NCBI GenBank assembly: GCA_951406725.2
Contig: OX597836.1
Coordinates: forward strand, 14,756,001-14,820,000
Source of the DNA: Octopus vulgaris
Lineage: Eukaryota
DNA length: 64,000 nt
Reading direction: 5' to 3'
Shown here: positions 26,333 through 41,054 of the stretch, one piece after another
How the letters are laid out: the number at the start of each line of letters is the position of its first letter
Numbering within the stretch: position 1 is the stretch's first letter
Notes under the pieces: model-generated
What the model was told of the DNA's origin: nothing
The model's database searches: none
The model's input: the letters and a program-made list of their open reading frames with translations, nothing else
Translations under genes and position numbers: made by a program

Positions 26333-26690
26333 GAGAAGACGCGTTGCTTAGGGGTTAGGGTATTATGCTTACGATCGATAGGTCGTGTGTTCAATTCCCT
26401 GCGGTGAGTTGTGTCTGTGAGCAGTTCACTTTATTTCACGCTGCTTCAGTGCACTCATATGAAGACGCATGGCTTAGTGGTTAGGGTGTTGGACTCATGA
26501 TCGCAAGATTGTGGTTTCGATTTCTGGCCCTTGCAGCGAGTTGTTTTTCAGCAAAACACTTCATTTCACATTTCTCCAGTCCATTCAGCTAGCAACAGTG
26601 AGTAATCCTGTGACGGATCGGTGGGGAATATCTATGCCATGAAACCGGGAAACCGGTCCTTGTGGGTGGGTATGACTCGAGAAGCAGCTT
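26333..26690 (+). mobile_element. Two adjacent diverged tRNA-headed SINE copies (heads at about 26333 and 26461)
   Basis: GAAGACGCATGGCTTAGTGGTTAGGG...GGTTTCGATT; shared core CACTTTATTTCAC. Confidence 0.7.
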
Positions 26691-26929
26691 TAGAAAATGG
26701 AGGGAAAACATTTGGTTTTCTCCAGAAAGTGAGAGGCGATGGGAAAGCTTTTTAAAAAGCTTACCAGTGGAGGAGACATAACCTGAAATGGACTCCTTCC
26801 CAGTGGACGTATTCCGCTTCCGATCGAGGTACCCTGATCTGGCACTATCTGAGTGCCTGAGTTACAAGTAAAGGAAACTTCATGACCCCTTCACTAGCCT
26901 CTGGGACAAAAGATCTACCAGGAGAAGAC

Positions 26930-27300
26930 CTGGATTAGTCATGTTTTGGAACATCATAAGCCATTTGATATTAGTTGTTTACCTGGTATTTCTTGGGAGA
27001 AATTTGTTCAGGTACTGTTTTAATGTTATGGGGTATATTTTTCTTATTTGATTTCTTTCAGAATAATGTTGAATTAAGCGAGAGTAGTCGATGAAAGAGG
27101 ACGAGTTGTGTTGCTATGATGTCCTGATGTGAGATCGATATTTGTAGGTTTGTGTGGAGCGTGTGACTCTGGGGCCACGTCTTAGGGACTTGTGAACTTG
27201 ATACCGGCACCGTTTGGACACTACCGGTAAAATAGTTTTCACGTGATGCAACATGATGCAGCACTTGTGGCGACGTTGGAGGGAATAGAGTCTCAACTTT
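26930..27300 (-). mobile_element. CR1/L2-like LINE 3' coding remnant
   Basis: RLYSLQRR...RRGPR...HNS...LNKFLPRNT resembles the CR1-type C-terminus. Confidence 0.55.
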
Positions 27301-27726
27301 TTTGAGGCGATCCCAATAATGTAGGCTTTGTTATTCCATTTATCTCACTTATTTTCTTGTAACTCAACTCTGGGGTGCATTGCATCAATTCTCTTGTTTC
27401 TGTTTTGCGTAAGGGGACTAAAATAAACAGCTGTATCGGAAAGAAGAAAAGGATTATATATCAACGTCTCTGAAATGGAAAATTCTAAGGATCCAGGAGA
27501 ACATACTTTCAGTGAGTAGCGGAAGCAAGGGAGGTAATTAACCTCAAACTTGAAACCAGTGTTGGATACTTACAATGAAACGAACTCCATTAAGGGCACC
27601 CTATGTCCCAGGTGACAATGTTGAACCTAGAGGCAACGCTAGATGATTGCTAATCTAGCATCGGTGAACACTGAGTTTGCGACATATTTCCCATCTACCA
27701 AAAATTTATTCGAATCTTATGATATA

Positions 27727-27957
27727 TATTTCTTTATTGCCCACAAGGGGCTAAACATAGAGGGGACAAACAAGGACAGACAAAGGGAATAAGTCGATTA
27801 CAACGACCCCAGTGCGAAACTGGTACTTTATTTATCGACTCCGAAAGGATGAAAGGCAAAGTCGATCTCGGCGGAATTTGAACTCAGAATGTAACGGCAG
27901 ACGAAATACTGCTAAGTATTTCGCCCAGCGTGCTAACGTTTCTGCCAGCTCGCCGCC
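27727..27957 (-). mobile_element. SINE family A
   Basis: Full copy. Confidence 0.9.
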
Positions 27958-28002
27958 TTGTTGAATCTTATGATAGCAGACAACTCTTGCTCAGACAGTA
28001 CC

Positions 28003-28233
28003 TATTTCTTTACTACCCACAAGGGGCTAAACACAGAGAGGACAAACAAGGACAGACAAACAGATTAAGTCGATTATATTGACCCCAGTGCGTAACTGGA
28101 ACTTATTTAATCGACCCCGAAAGGATAAAAGGCAAAGTCGACCTCGGCGGAATTTGAACTCACAACGTATTGGCAGACGAAATACCGCTAAGCATTTCGC
28201 CCGGCGTGCTAACGTTTCTGCCAGCTCGCCGCC
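28003..28233 (-). mobile_element. SINE family A
   Basis: Full copy. Confidence 0.9.
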
Positions 28234-28260
28234 TTGTCGAATCTTATGATATCAGACAAC

Positions 28261-28422
28261 TCTGTCGTTGCGTTCTGAGTTCAAATTCCGCCGAGGTCGA
28301 CTTCATCCTTTCGGGGTCGATAAATTAAGTACCAGTTACGCACTGGGGTCGATGTAATCGACTTAATCCGTTTGTCCTTGTTTGTCCCCTCTATGTTTGG
28401 CCCCTCGTGGGCAATAAAGAAA
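28261..28422 (+). mobile_element. SINE family A, 5'-truncated
   Basis: CGTTCTGAGTTCAAATTCCGCCGAGG...GCAATAAAGAAA. Confidence 0.9.
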
Positions 28423-28881
28423 CAGATATCAGACAACTCTTGCTCAGACAGAACCACCATAGAAATAGTATCGAACGCGAAACCACACAGATACGAAACT
28501 GACTTCTTAACCACCACCACTACCACCAATGCCACCACCATCACCAACCAGCCATGGCTGCGCCGCGTCTATTATTAAATATGCAAGCAAAATGTTGCCA
28601 GGCGCGGCTCATTTACATAATGGTACAAGGTTGACGCTCCGACAGTCATTACCAGTGTACCAACCAATACAAACTCATCAAATTCATTACTGTTTTTTTT
28701 TTTTGTCTCTTTTTTTTTTTGCTTCCTTTTTCCCGTTTTCCTTTATCATTTTCAGTTATTAGTTTTTTTTGTTGTTGTTGCTACTGTTGTTGTTGTTGTT
28801 GTTGTTTTTCGTTTTGTTTTTGTTGTTGTTGTTTTTCATTTTGATTTTTTTTTTTTGTTTTTGTTTTTGTTTTTTTTTTTC

Positions 28882-29191
28882 TCAAGATGGCTACGAAAAT
28901 CAAAATGCAATGATCGGAAACTGAATTTCATAGAATAAAATGTATACAAAGAATAAGGGGGGGGGTGACGAAAGAAAGACGAAGAAAACATAGGCAATCA
29001 GTGTCTGTGTGTGAGTAAGGAGGGGAGAGGGTGTGCGTTCTTTACTCACTCTCTCTCTCTCTCCGACTCTCTCGCTATTTGTTTATGTTTGTTTGTGTTT
29101 TCTTTGTCACGCCCACTCCTTCCATGTGTTTATTTAATTTGATGAAATTAAGTTTCCAATCATTGCATTTTGATTTTCGTCGCCATCTTGA
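28882..29191. repeat. 50-bp inverted repeat
   Basis: 28882-28931 versus 29142-29191, 3 mismatches by eye. Confidence 0.9.
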
Positions 29192-29519
29192 AAAATAAAA
29201 AAAAACAAAAAAATAAAAACAATATAGCAAAAAAAATAAATAAAATACGATAAAAGAATAACGACAGGGGAAAAAAAGGATAACAGAAATAACAAAGAGG
29301 AAAAAGAAGGAAGACGAGGAAAGAAAAAAAAACAGAAAAAAAACGAAGGAAAGGAAAAGAAAGAGAGAAAGCAGGACGGGGAGAAAAAATAAAGGAAGGA
29401 AGGAAGGAAGGAAAGAAGGAAGAGAAAACCTGCAAAGTATTTTATGAGTCTCACTGTCTAAGCATATTTTCTAAAATGAATAATTACTTAGAATAAACTT
29501 ATGTTATGCATATATATAC

Positions 29520-29605
<86 letters not shown>

Positions 29606-29679
29606 GTACATATGCATATATATATATACATATATATAGATATGCATATATATTTATATACTTATATATACATCTACAT

Positions 29680-29730
<51 letters not shown>

Positions 29731-29834
29731 TATCAATCTATATGCACACATATATAGATATGTATAAATACACATATATGTACATATTTACGTATGAATA
29801 TATACATATATAAGTATATATATATATGTATATA

Positions 29835-29887
<53 letters not shown>

Positions 29888-30500
29888 TACAAACACATAG
29901 GCATATGTGTATGTGTCTATGTATATGTATATATATATAAGTAAAAGATTTCAAGCTTATTGTAACCAAGTGATTTTCCATAATGGTTGGAAACCTGTAA
30001 AGATTGCAATCAATACCATCATCCCGTCTCTTTGTTTCTTGGTTTGTTTTTCGTCTCATTTCTCTTGTTTTTGTTTTGTTTTCAAACACACACACACACA
30101 CACATATATACATCTATATATAGATGTATATGTTATTATTTATTCAATGTTTTTTTTCATTATTTTGTTAATTCTTTTATTTATTTATCTGTCTATTTAT
30201 TTATTTATTTATTTATTTATTTGTGTAGTTATTTGGTTTTGAGAGGAGAAACGAGGAAAAAAGAAAATGGCGGTGTTACTTATTGATGGAGGACAAAAAA
30301 AATGAGAAAACCGAAGCCCATGTGTGCGTATGTATGTGTATTCGTGTCCGTGTGTGAACTATGTATATGTGTATATATGTATGTATATACATATATATAT
30401 TTACTTATATATATATATGTATATGTATGTGTATATATATATATATATATACACTTATATATATACGTACATATGTATTTATCAAATATGTATATATACG

Positions 30501-30532
<32 letters not shown>

Positions 30533-30609
30533 CATACGTATATATCATATTCTATATATATATGCATGTATCGATATGCATATATGTGTGTGTGCGTGTG
30601 TATGTATGT

Positions 30610-30678
<69 letters not shown>

Positions 30679-30707
30679 GATATATATGTATACAAATATA
30701 TATGTGT

Positions 30708-30758
<51 letters not shown>

Positions 30759-30825
30759 CACAGTTATAGATACAGATATAGATGCATGCAGATATGCATA
30801 CATCGGTGTCTGCTGTGTTGTGTGT

Positions 30826-30876
<51 letters not shown>

Positions 30877-31039
30877 TATGTGTTTGTGAACTTCAAAGTC
30901 TTTCAAGAAACGGCGTCTCCTGTTTATGATTTTAAAATTTGCCATCATCTTTAAAAACAAAACAAAAAAACTAAACTAAAAGAATGGATTTCTAAAAATG
31001 AAGACAGCGTTGATGGTGTTGTTGTTGTTGTTGTTGTTA

Positions 31040-31669
31040 GTGGTGGTGGTGGTGGTGATGGTGGTGGTGGTGGTGGTGGTGGTGGTGGTGGTGGTGGTGG
31101 TGGTGGTGGTGGTGGTGGTGGTGGTGGTGGTGGTGGTTGCGGTGGTGGTGGTGATGGTGGTGGTGGTGGTGATGGTGGTGGTGGTGGTGGTGGTGGTGGT
31201 GAAGCGGAGGATGTTGTGATTGTGTCAACAATGGTGGTATGGAATCCGTTTGGCAACTGGTGCTGTTGTTGCTGTTGTTGATTCTAGTAGAGACGATGGT
31301 GGTGATGCTGGTGATGCTGGGGATGAAAGAAATATAAGATGGCGGAGCAAGTGATTTTCGTTACAATGGTATTGGCGGTGGTGCTCATCGTAATGGTGAT
31401 GGTGGCGCCGATGGTGGTGATGTGGGTGGTGGCGCTGATAGTATGGGAAAACGTGAGTTAGTGGTGGAGTGTTGGTTAATGTTTATCTGGTTATGGAAAC
31501 AGGAGCAATGATGGCCTCCATCGTGAACCTAATGCGATGATGATAATGATGAGGAGGCAGAGGAGGAGGATCCTAATGATGATGATGATGACAACGATGA
31601 GGATGAGGATGATGGTGGGGGGGATTGGTGGTGATGATGGTGGTGGTGGTGATGATGATTATGATGATG

Positions 31670-31743
<74 letters not shown>

Positions 31744-31844
31744 AATGATGGTGATGATGATGGTGATGATGATGTTGATGATGGTGATGATGATGATGGT
31801 GATGGTGATGGTGATGATAATGGTGATGGTGATGATGATGATGG

Positions 31845-31887
<43 letters not shown>

Positions 31888-31930
31888 AATGATAATGATG
31901 ATGATAATGATGATGATGATGATGATTGTG
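31040..31930. repeat. (GGT)n and (GAT)n microsatellite blocks
   Basis: Read directly. Confidence 0.9.
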
Positions 31931-32234
31931 GTGATAACGACGATAGGAATGGATGTGGGGAGTTCTACTGATAGTGGAGATGATGCTGATGATACAGACG
32001 GACTTTGGCAATGGCTCTAGCTGCGACGACGGCGGCGAGGGCGGCGACGATGGGGGGGGGTCGACTGTGGCGGCGGCTGCGGTGATGGTGCTGGTTCCGG
32101 TGGCAGTTGTCCTAGGTGAGAGAGATCAAACTTTCAGTGCTCGTAACGCTAGACTTTAAGTTAGAATGGTATGTTGTGATGTGGGAGAGAAAATTAATGA
32201 GGTTTTTTATAGTATTCCAGACATAAATACATAT

Positions 32235-32271
<37 letters not shown>

Positions 32272-32398
32272 TGTTTATATTTATATATATATGTATATAT
32301 ATGAGTAGTGTTTCAAAAATTTTTTTTTCAAAGGTATTCTATTTATAAGCCTTTTCATTTTTTTAAGAAATGATTGCGTATGTGTTTGTGTATTTGTA

Positions 32399-32448
<50 letters not shown>

Positions 32449-32760
32449 CTTGTGTCTGTGTGTGTCTGTATTTCATTCAAAATATATTTTATCTTGTATA
32501 AAATTTTATTTCGTTTATTCATTTTTTAAATATTATTTTATGATGTTATTTGTATATTTTTTGGGAAGAGCAATCAAATCGATAATTCTTTTATGGTGTG
32601 GCAATCGATAGTCATGCTTCGAGTTGCGTACAATGCCAGCTATATATATATATATGTGTGTGGGGGGGTGCGGGTGGATGTGTATGTGTTTATAGATAGA
32701 TATACATACAAACATATACATGTACATATATATATATATATATATATATGTACATATACA

Positions 32761-32796
<36 letters not shown>

Positions 32797-32812
32797 TATA
32801 CATGTACATATA

Positions 32813-32857
<45 letters not shown>

Positions 32858-32877
32858 AATATATAAATGTGCATATA

Positions 32878-32925
<48 letters not shown>

Positions 32926-32942
32926 TTTATATATTTGTTTTG

Positions 32943-32989
<47 letters not shown>

Positions 32990-33017
32990 TGTATATGTAC
33001 ATATATATATATATATA

Positions 33018-33118
<101 letters not shown>

Positions 33119-33240
33119 ATATGTATGTATGTATGTATATTAATAATATCGGGGTAATAAAGATTTTAGAAATTTTTACTACCTGTGGACTTGCGGGTAG
33201 AAAAATTTGTCAATAGACTATATATTATTCATATAAATAC

Positions 33241-33458
33241 AGTGTACATTTAAACACATAAGAGGTGTCCATCGGAGGATTCCTTTCACCCTAGAAAGAA
33301 CAGCTAAAGTCCAGACCACTATTACGGATAAAAACTCGAATGGATGTAGAAAAATTAGTTTCGAGTGTTTATCCCTAATAGTGATTTGGACTTTAGCTGT
33401 TCTTTCTAGCATGAAAGGAATCCTATGATGGATACCTCTTATGCGTTTAAATTTACAC

Positions 33459-33459
<1 letters not shown>
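33241..33459. repeat. Fold-back element, 100-bp arms, 19-nt loop
   Basis: 33241-33340 is the reverse complement of 33360-33459 with about 11 mismatches. Confidence 0.92.
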
Positions 33460-33521
<62 letters not shown>

Positions 33522-34223
33522 ATACATAGATATAACATATATATATATATATATATAATGTAAATTTGCTTGCACCAATCATAGTTGCAAACAATAAATT
33601 CCGGTGTCTATTATATTAAAAAATGCTAATGACAGATTCCTGTGGTGTAAAAAAATTGAAATGTTAGCTGTCACACTGTAGAAAGGGAATGGTATAAGTA
33701 TGAGTGCAGCAGAGGGAGAAAGGTACAAACGAAGGTAACCAGAATAAAACATGTTAATATTAGAGGGAAGTAGTCAAATGTCCATCACCAGTTCATACGT
33801 TGGAATTTACTATTAAGAATTATTCAGATTATCGACCAATCAAAAAGCTCGATTTTAACGGCTACAAAAGTAATGCAAGCTAATTTTAGAAGACAATGGC
33901 CAAATGGTTATCTTCACTTCATATGTTGGAATTTAAGGCTTAAAGAATGCTTGGTGGGTAATTAATGACTAGCAATAAAATAACATTATCCTGAAAGCGT
34001 GACAGCCGACTTTCAACTTGACTATAGTATCAACATCCAGCGCCAAGACGGCCCTGAACGAATCTGCCCTTAGGATATTATATATAAAAACATGATACGT
34101 ATCTCTATGCAATAGACGTGGACAAAACCATTCATGTGCTTAGATACACATGCACACACATATATAACCTAAGTAATAAATACTTCGTAAGAGTTTTAGA
34201 GAATTAAAAAACAGATATATACA

Positions 34224-34375
34224 GGCGCAGGCGTGGCTGTGTGGTACGAAGCTTGCTTCCCAACCATGTGGTACCGGGTTCAGTCCTACTGCGTGGCACC
34301 TTGGGCAAGTGTCTTCTACTGACCAAAGCCTTGAGAGTGGATTTGGTAGACGGAAACAGAAAGAAGCCCTTCGTA
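34224..34375 (+). mobile_element. SINE family B, 5' half
   Basis: GGCGCAGGCGTGGCTGTGTGGT...GGGTTCAGTCC...CCTTGGGCAAGTG. Confidence 0.85.
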
Positions 34376-34770
34376 TGTATGTATGTATATATATATATAT
34401 ATATATAGGTAACGGCGAACATCTGCTGATTCTTTCGCCACAACTTTCTCTCTCTTTCCTCCTGCATCTTGCAGCTCACCGGCGTCCCGTCCAGGTGGGG
34501 AACCTATACGCCAAGAAAACCGGGAAACAGACCCTATGAGCCAGGTGTGACTCGAGAAGGAACAAGCAAATATATTTATACATACATACATGCGTAAGCA
34601 CATAAATACAAAACAAGGTGGGAAAATAGTACTCGGATATCGGAGGTAGAGTAATATACTTTTTGCAGCTTTAATGATAAAAAGTGTCTATCTATCTGTC
34701 TATCTATCTATATATCTATGTATTACTTACATTATTTACATTTGACGGACCACTACGCCATATGCCCATA

Positions 34771-35075
34771 GGCATATGGCGTAGTGGTCAAGAGCGCGGG
34801 CTACTAACCCCAAGATTTCGAGTTCGATTCCAGGCAGTGATCTGAATAATAATAATAATAATAATAATAATTATTATTATTATTATTATAACATCAAAAA
34901 ATACCTTAGGAATGAGAACCCAGGTTCGAAATGTCCCCAAGACACCTGATGAAGGCTGGTGGGTATATCAGCCGAAACGTTATATTAACAACAAACAAGA
35001 TGAGGACAAATATCCGTCAAATGTAAATAATGTAAATAATGTACATAATTCCTCATCTCTTAAATATAGAACTGC
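34771..35075 (+). mobile_element. tRNA-headed SINE-like element with internal (AAT)n and hammerhead-like motif (34941-34986)
   Basis: A box TGGCGTAGTGG, B box GAGTTCGATTCC; ACAC-CTGATGA-A-GGCTG...CAGCC-GAAA-CGT-T. Confidence 0.7.
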
Positions 35076-35096
35076 ATATATCTATATATCTATCTG

Positions 35097-35129
<33 letters not shown>

Positions 35130-35400
35130 ATGTCTGTTTGTAAGTAAGTATGTATGTATGTATGTATGTATGTATGTATGTTTATGTAGATATCTACGAG
35201 TTATCTTCCAGAAGTTTTGAGACTTTTCAGGGGAGACATTAATTAAGTACAAAGCTCTCATCGCTTTCAAAATAGGATCCTCTTTCTTCAATGCCGCTTA
35301 TTAGACGTATAGTAATGATATATCAAAATTAAACAATAATTTCGGATAGTTATAACTGCCTGTACTAAAAAAAAAGGCCTTGAAACGACTTGTTTTCCCC

Positions 35401-35506
<106 letters not shown>

Positions 35507-35958
35507 GTGCGTGCGTGTGTTTGTATTGTTCGGTTTTGCAATCGAAAATTTCAGTACCATACACGTACTAATATTTCGAACTCAATTACTCCTCATCATT
35601 GTATTTCTGTTCCGTTCAAATTTGGGGGTTGAAATTTTTTTTTTTAAAAGGACAACACATCACAAGATTTACAGTGATTGCCTGTTTTCCTTTCCTTTTC
35701 TTTTTCTTTTCTTTATTCTTTATACATTATTCTTTTCGAGTGATTAAACACGTAATAAAAAGTGGGGCAGAATGAAGGAGGAAGACGGCATCTTGCAAGA
35801 TTTTCTAGTCAACCGATAATTTTATATTTCTCTTTCGCTATTTTACACTCGATGTAACACCTCAACTTTTATCCCTTTCTAATGTCCCCGATTCTATGCC
35901 CTTGTTGCAAATAAGGAAACCATTATGATTCTTGTTGTTGTCCTTATTATTATTATCA

Positions 35959-36002
<44 letters not shown>

Positions 36003-36362
36003 GTAATCATTATCATCATTATTATTAATTATATTATTGTTGTTGTTAATATTTTTTTATTATTATTGTATATTACGATCAATCAATATTCTTTTGTCGA
36101 AAAAATCAATCATTGTTGTTCTTATTAATATTATTATTATTATTATTATCATCATTAATGAATGATGATACTTACTATGAATGTTATTTATAATAATATT
36201 ACATTCTTTTATTGCAATAAGGGCGACGAGTGAATAATGGTAATGGTCTTCATTTTGAACAGCCATATCATTATTACTGTTGTTGTTGTTGTTGTTGTCG
36301 TCGTCGTCGTGGTTGGCGTTGTTGTACTTCATATGTTGTGGTTCATGTTCTTCCTTTTCTGA

Positions 36363-36832
<470 letters not shown>

Positions 36833-37375
36833 TTATGATCGTCAATATTGTTTGTGTTGTTGCTGTTCGCTGTTCGGTGTTAAGCATTATCAATATTATA
36901 TATCAAGAGCGACATTGTAAAAATAATGAATGACAATGGGGCGAGGATAGACAGATGTAAACAACAATAACAATAACAATAACAATAACAACAGCAATAT
37001 TAGCAAAACAAGAACAACATCAACAACAAAGCAACAAGGAAACAATAACGAGAGATTGTATACATGCCTGCCTAAAGATGAATACTGATACACACTCGTA
37101 TATATGTATGTGTATACGTATATATATATAATAAATATAATACGCATACATACATATACATACATATACATACATATATATATGTGTGTGTGTGTGTGTG
37201 TGTAAATATATATATTCATATATATATATATACATATATGTACATACACACACATATATATACATATATATATACATATATGTATGTATATGTGCAAATA
37301 TGTATAAATGTATACATAAGTACATATACAGATATATATGTATATATACATGCATATATATACATATATATATAT

Positions 37376-37418
<43 letters not shown>

Positions 37419-37809
37419 CATGCGTGTCTTTATGTATTCCTATCAATTAGTGCACATATACATACATATATAGAAATATGCATATATATATGTGTGTGTG
37501 TGTGTATGTATACATATAAATATATATGTATACATGTACATCATATGCACAGGCATACGAACACATTGACACAATGTACATTCTATAAACACATGTTTAC
37601 ATTTGAATACACAGATTAATTCGTGTGCATATATATATATCTAAATACATTCATGTATACACATACGTATAGAAAGAACTACACATACATGCCATATGTA
37701 TATACCTGCATATATATATGTGTATATATATATATATAAATACATTCATGTATACACATACGTATAGAAAGAACTACACATACATTCCATATGTATATAC
37801 CTGCATATA

Positions 37810-37930
<121 letters not shown>

Positions 37931-38911
37931 ACGCGCGCATAAGTATATTTATATATGCAGTTGTCTATACATGCTTATATCTTTACACATGCTCACCTAC
38001 GTAAACTCATACATTTTTAAATTATTACATACGAACACATGTTCGTACATAAGCGACATAGACACATGTTCGTGTACAATACGTCCAAGCATAATCACAA
38101 AGAACCGAACACAAATACATAATCTGCATAAACGCGCACTTAAACGCAGGCATACAGACGCACCGAAATATATCCATACATACATCCGAATTATATCCAT
38201 ACATACGTCCAAACATACATGCACGCCTATATGAATAAATACACACATATTTGCATTCGTAAATACATTCACAGGTCGGTAACATACCATATAAGCATAC
38301 AAACGTATGCGTACATGCACATACCCACACCCAGAAATTTAATTTGAAACTTAACGTGAAGTTTTTAATGATAATCAATGAAAGAACATGGCTGCCGTCT
38401 CCACCAAACGGCTTGTTTGTTTGTTTATTTTTTATCTCTCTCCTCTCTTCCGCCGCAAACGGCTCCATCACAGGCCACCATCACCATCGTCGTCGCCACC
38501 GCAGCCAGCGCCACCGCAATTTTTCCAACGCAAATTATGGATATTATATTATTTATCAATATTTACTGGGCAAATACTGAATGAAACATACAACAGCAAC
38601 TTTTCAATTAAAGATTAAGTATGTAGTGGGATGGGGGAGCGGGGGGGTCGAGGTGGTGTTGATGGTGAGTGGTGGTGGTGGTGGTGTTGGTGGTGGTGGT
38701 GGTGGTGGTGGTGGTGGTGGTGGTGATTTTGGTGATATAAAGGGAGCAGGTAGGAGAAGATGGGGGAATCGATGTGGTGGTGGTCGTGGGGGTTGGAGCG
38801 GCAGGGTTCGCTTGTTTAGTGAAGTACGGGTTATGAACGTCAAAAGACGGTTTGATGACCGTGGGTGGTAATAGAATAGTGATGGATACGATGAGGACGA
38901 TGATGACGATG

Positions 38912-38942
<31 letters not shown>

Positions 38943-39517
38943 GGAGGAGGAGGAGGTGATGGTGGCGGCGGCGGCGGTGGTGGTTGTGTTGGTGGCCATG
39001 AGTAGGCCGACGATGACGACGACGGCGACGACGACGACGATGACGACGGCGATGATGATGATGATGATGATGATAATGATTATGATGATGATGACGACGA
39101 AGATGATGATGATGTTGATGATGATGATGATGATGATGATGATGACGAAGATGATGATGATGATGATGATAATGATGATGATGATGATGATGATGACGAT
39201 GACGATGACGATGATGATGATGATGATGATGATGATGATAACGACGCTGGTGGTGGTGGTGGTGGTGGTGGTAGTGATGGTAGATGATGATGATGCAATT
39301 GAGGACGATACTTACGAGGATAGCCATAACATTATTGATCATTATAAAAATTGTATATTAACGTTAACAGCGTAAAATAAAAACAACAACAACAACACCA
39401 ATGATAATAATAGTAGTAATAATAATAATAATGATAACAATAATAACAATAATAACAATAAGGAGGAAGAGGGAGGAGGAAGGAGGAGGATTATTATTAT
39501 TATTATTATTATTATTA

Positions 39518-39775
39518 TTTTATTGTCTTTGCACAGCTTCTAACACTGGAGATGTACTACGGTATCAGTTGTTCACTTCCTAGAAAACTAAGGTCTTATT
39601 CTTGGTAGGATTTATGTATTAGTAGATTTACTACCTGTAACCTTAGGAATCCACATGTTTTCAGCAGTCTTTCAAGTGCTTAGAACGCTCCTGAGAATCC
39701 TTGCTGTCCCTAAGAGACAAACTTTCTGTAGGAATTCTACCGGACATTCTATTTCAATTTCCTTCAGCCATTTGT
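39518..39775 (-). mobile_element. R4/Dong-like LINE 3' end abutting (AAT)n
   Basis: Reverse complement encodes KWLKEIEIECPVEFLQKVCLLGTARILRSVLST*, an R4/Dong-like C-terminal motif; the 3' UTR runs into AAT repeats. Confidence 0.7.
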
Positions 39776-39796
39776 TTATATTACTCTTTGACTCTT

Positions 39797-40189
39797 TTAC
39801 TTGTTTCAGTCATTTGACTGCGGCCATGCTGGAGCACCACCTTTTAGTCGAGCAAATCGACCCCGGGACTTATTCTTTGTAAGCCCAGTACTTATTCTAT
39901 CGGTCTCTTTTGCCGAACCGCTAAGTGACGGGGACATAAACACACCAGCATCGGTTGTCAAGCAATGCTAGGGGGACAAACACAGACACACAAACACACA
40001 CACGCATATATATATATACATATATACGACAGGCTTCTTTCAGTTTCCGTCTACCAAATCCACTCACAAGGCATTGGTCGGCCCGAGGCTATAGTAGAAG
40101 ACACTTGCCCAAGATGCCACGCAGTGGGACTGAACCCGGAGTCATGTGGTTGGTTAGCAAGCTACTTACCACACAACCACTCTTGCGCC
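39797..40189 (-). mobile_element. SINE family B, full copy
   Basis: Reverse complement of the 60588-61016 type. Confidence 0.9.
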
Positions 40190-40561
40190 TATATCTTGAC
40201 TTACTGTTACCAACGCACCAATTATTATAAGCACGACCTTTACTGTTCGCATGCTCCGAATTCTTCCTATTTCAAATTTTAAGAGATTGTATTTTCTTTA
40301 TTTTTCTTCCTCTTTCTTTGCGATCCTGGATTCAAACGGACATGAAGGGTCGATAAGTAAGCAGCTTCGCTTTTCCTTATTTATTATTGTAATATCTGGC
40401 GTTTACGTCCCCGTAACTTACCGGTTCGGCAAAGAGATCGAAAGAATAAGTCCTGGGGTCTTATATGGTTACAGAATTAACACAGGTTATAGGAACATAA
40501 ACCTTCTTCCACGAAAATATAGCGTAAACTGTGCTCTAAATGGAGGTGTAGTCAAATCCTA

Positions 40562-40941
40562 GTGGAGGCGCAATGCCCCAGTGGTTAGGGCAGCCGACTC
40601 GCGATCATAGGATCGCGGTTTCGATTCCCAGACCGGGCGTTGTGAGTGTTTATTGAGCGAAAACACCTAAAGCTCCACGAGGCTCTGGCAGGGGATGGTG
40701 GTGATCCCTGCTGTACTCTTTCACCACAACTTTCTCTCACTCTTACTTCCTGTTTCTGTTGTATCTGTATTTCAAAGGGCCGGCCTTGTCACTCTCTGTG
40801 TCACGCTGAATATCCCCGAGAACTACGTTAAGGGTACACGTGTCTGTGGAGTGCTCAGCCACTTACACGTTAATTTCACGTTGATTCAGATCAACCGGAA
40901 CCCTCGTCGTCGTAACCGACGGAGTGCTTCCAAAAAAAAAA
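40562..40941 (+). mobile_element. tRNA-derived SINE, family C, with poly(A) tail and 12-bp TSD
   Basis: Head GGAGGCGCAATGCCCCAGTGGTTAGG...GGTTTCGATTCCC; A tail; TSD AGTCAAATCCTA at 40550 and 40942. Confidence 0.9.
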
Positions 40942-40969
40942 AGTCAAATCCTATTTTATGGACTCAAAC

Positions 40970-41054
40970 ATGTAAGACTTTCTTCTTCAAACGGACAAGA
41001 AGTTCGAAAATAATTTTCTAACTTCTTGTCCGTTTGAAGAAGAAAATCTTACAT
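40970..41054. repeat. Near-perfect palindrome, 42-bp arms
   Basis: 1-nt spacer, 2 mismatches. Confidence 0.92.

Noticed and set aside
34771-34840. Functional tRNA gene (also the heads at 40562 and 60588)
   Set aside because: No complete acceptor stem or T-run terminator; each continues into a SINE body.
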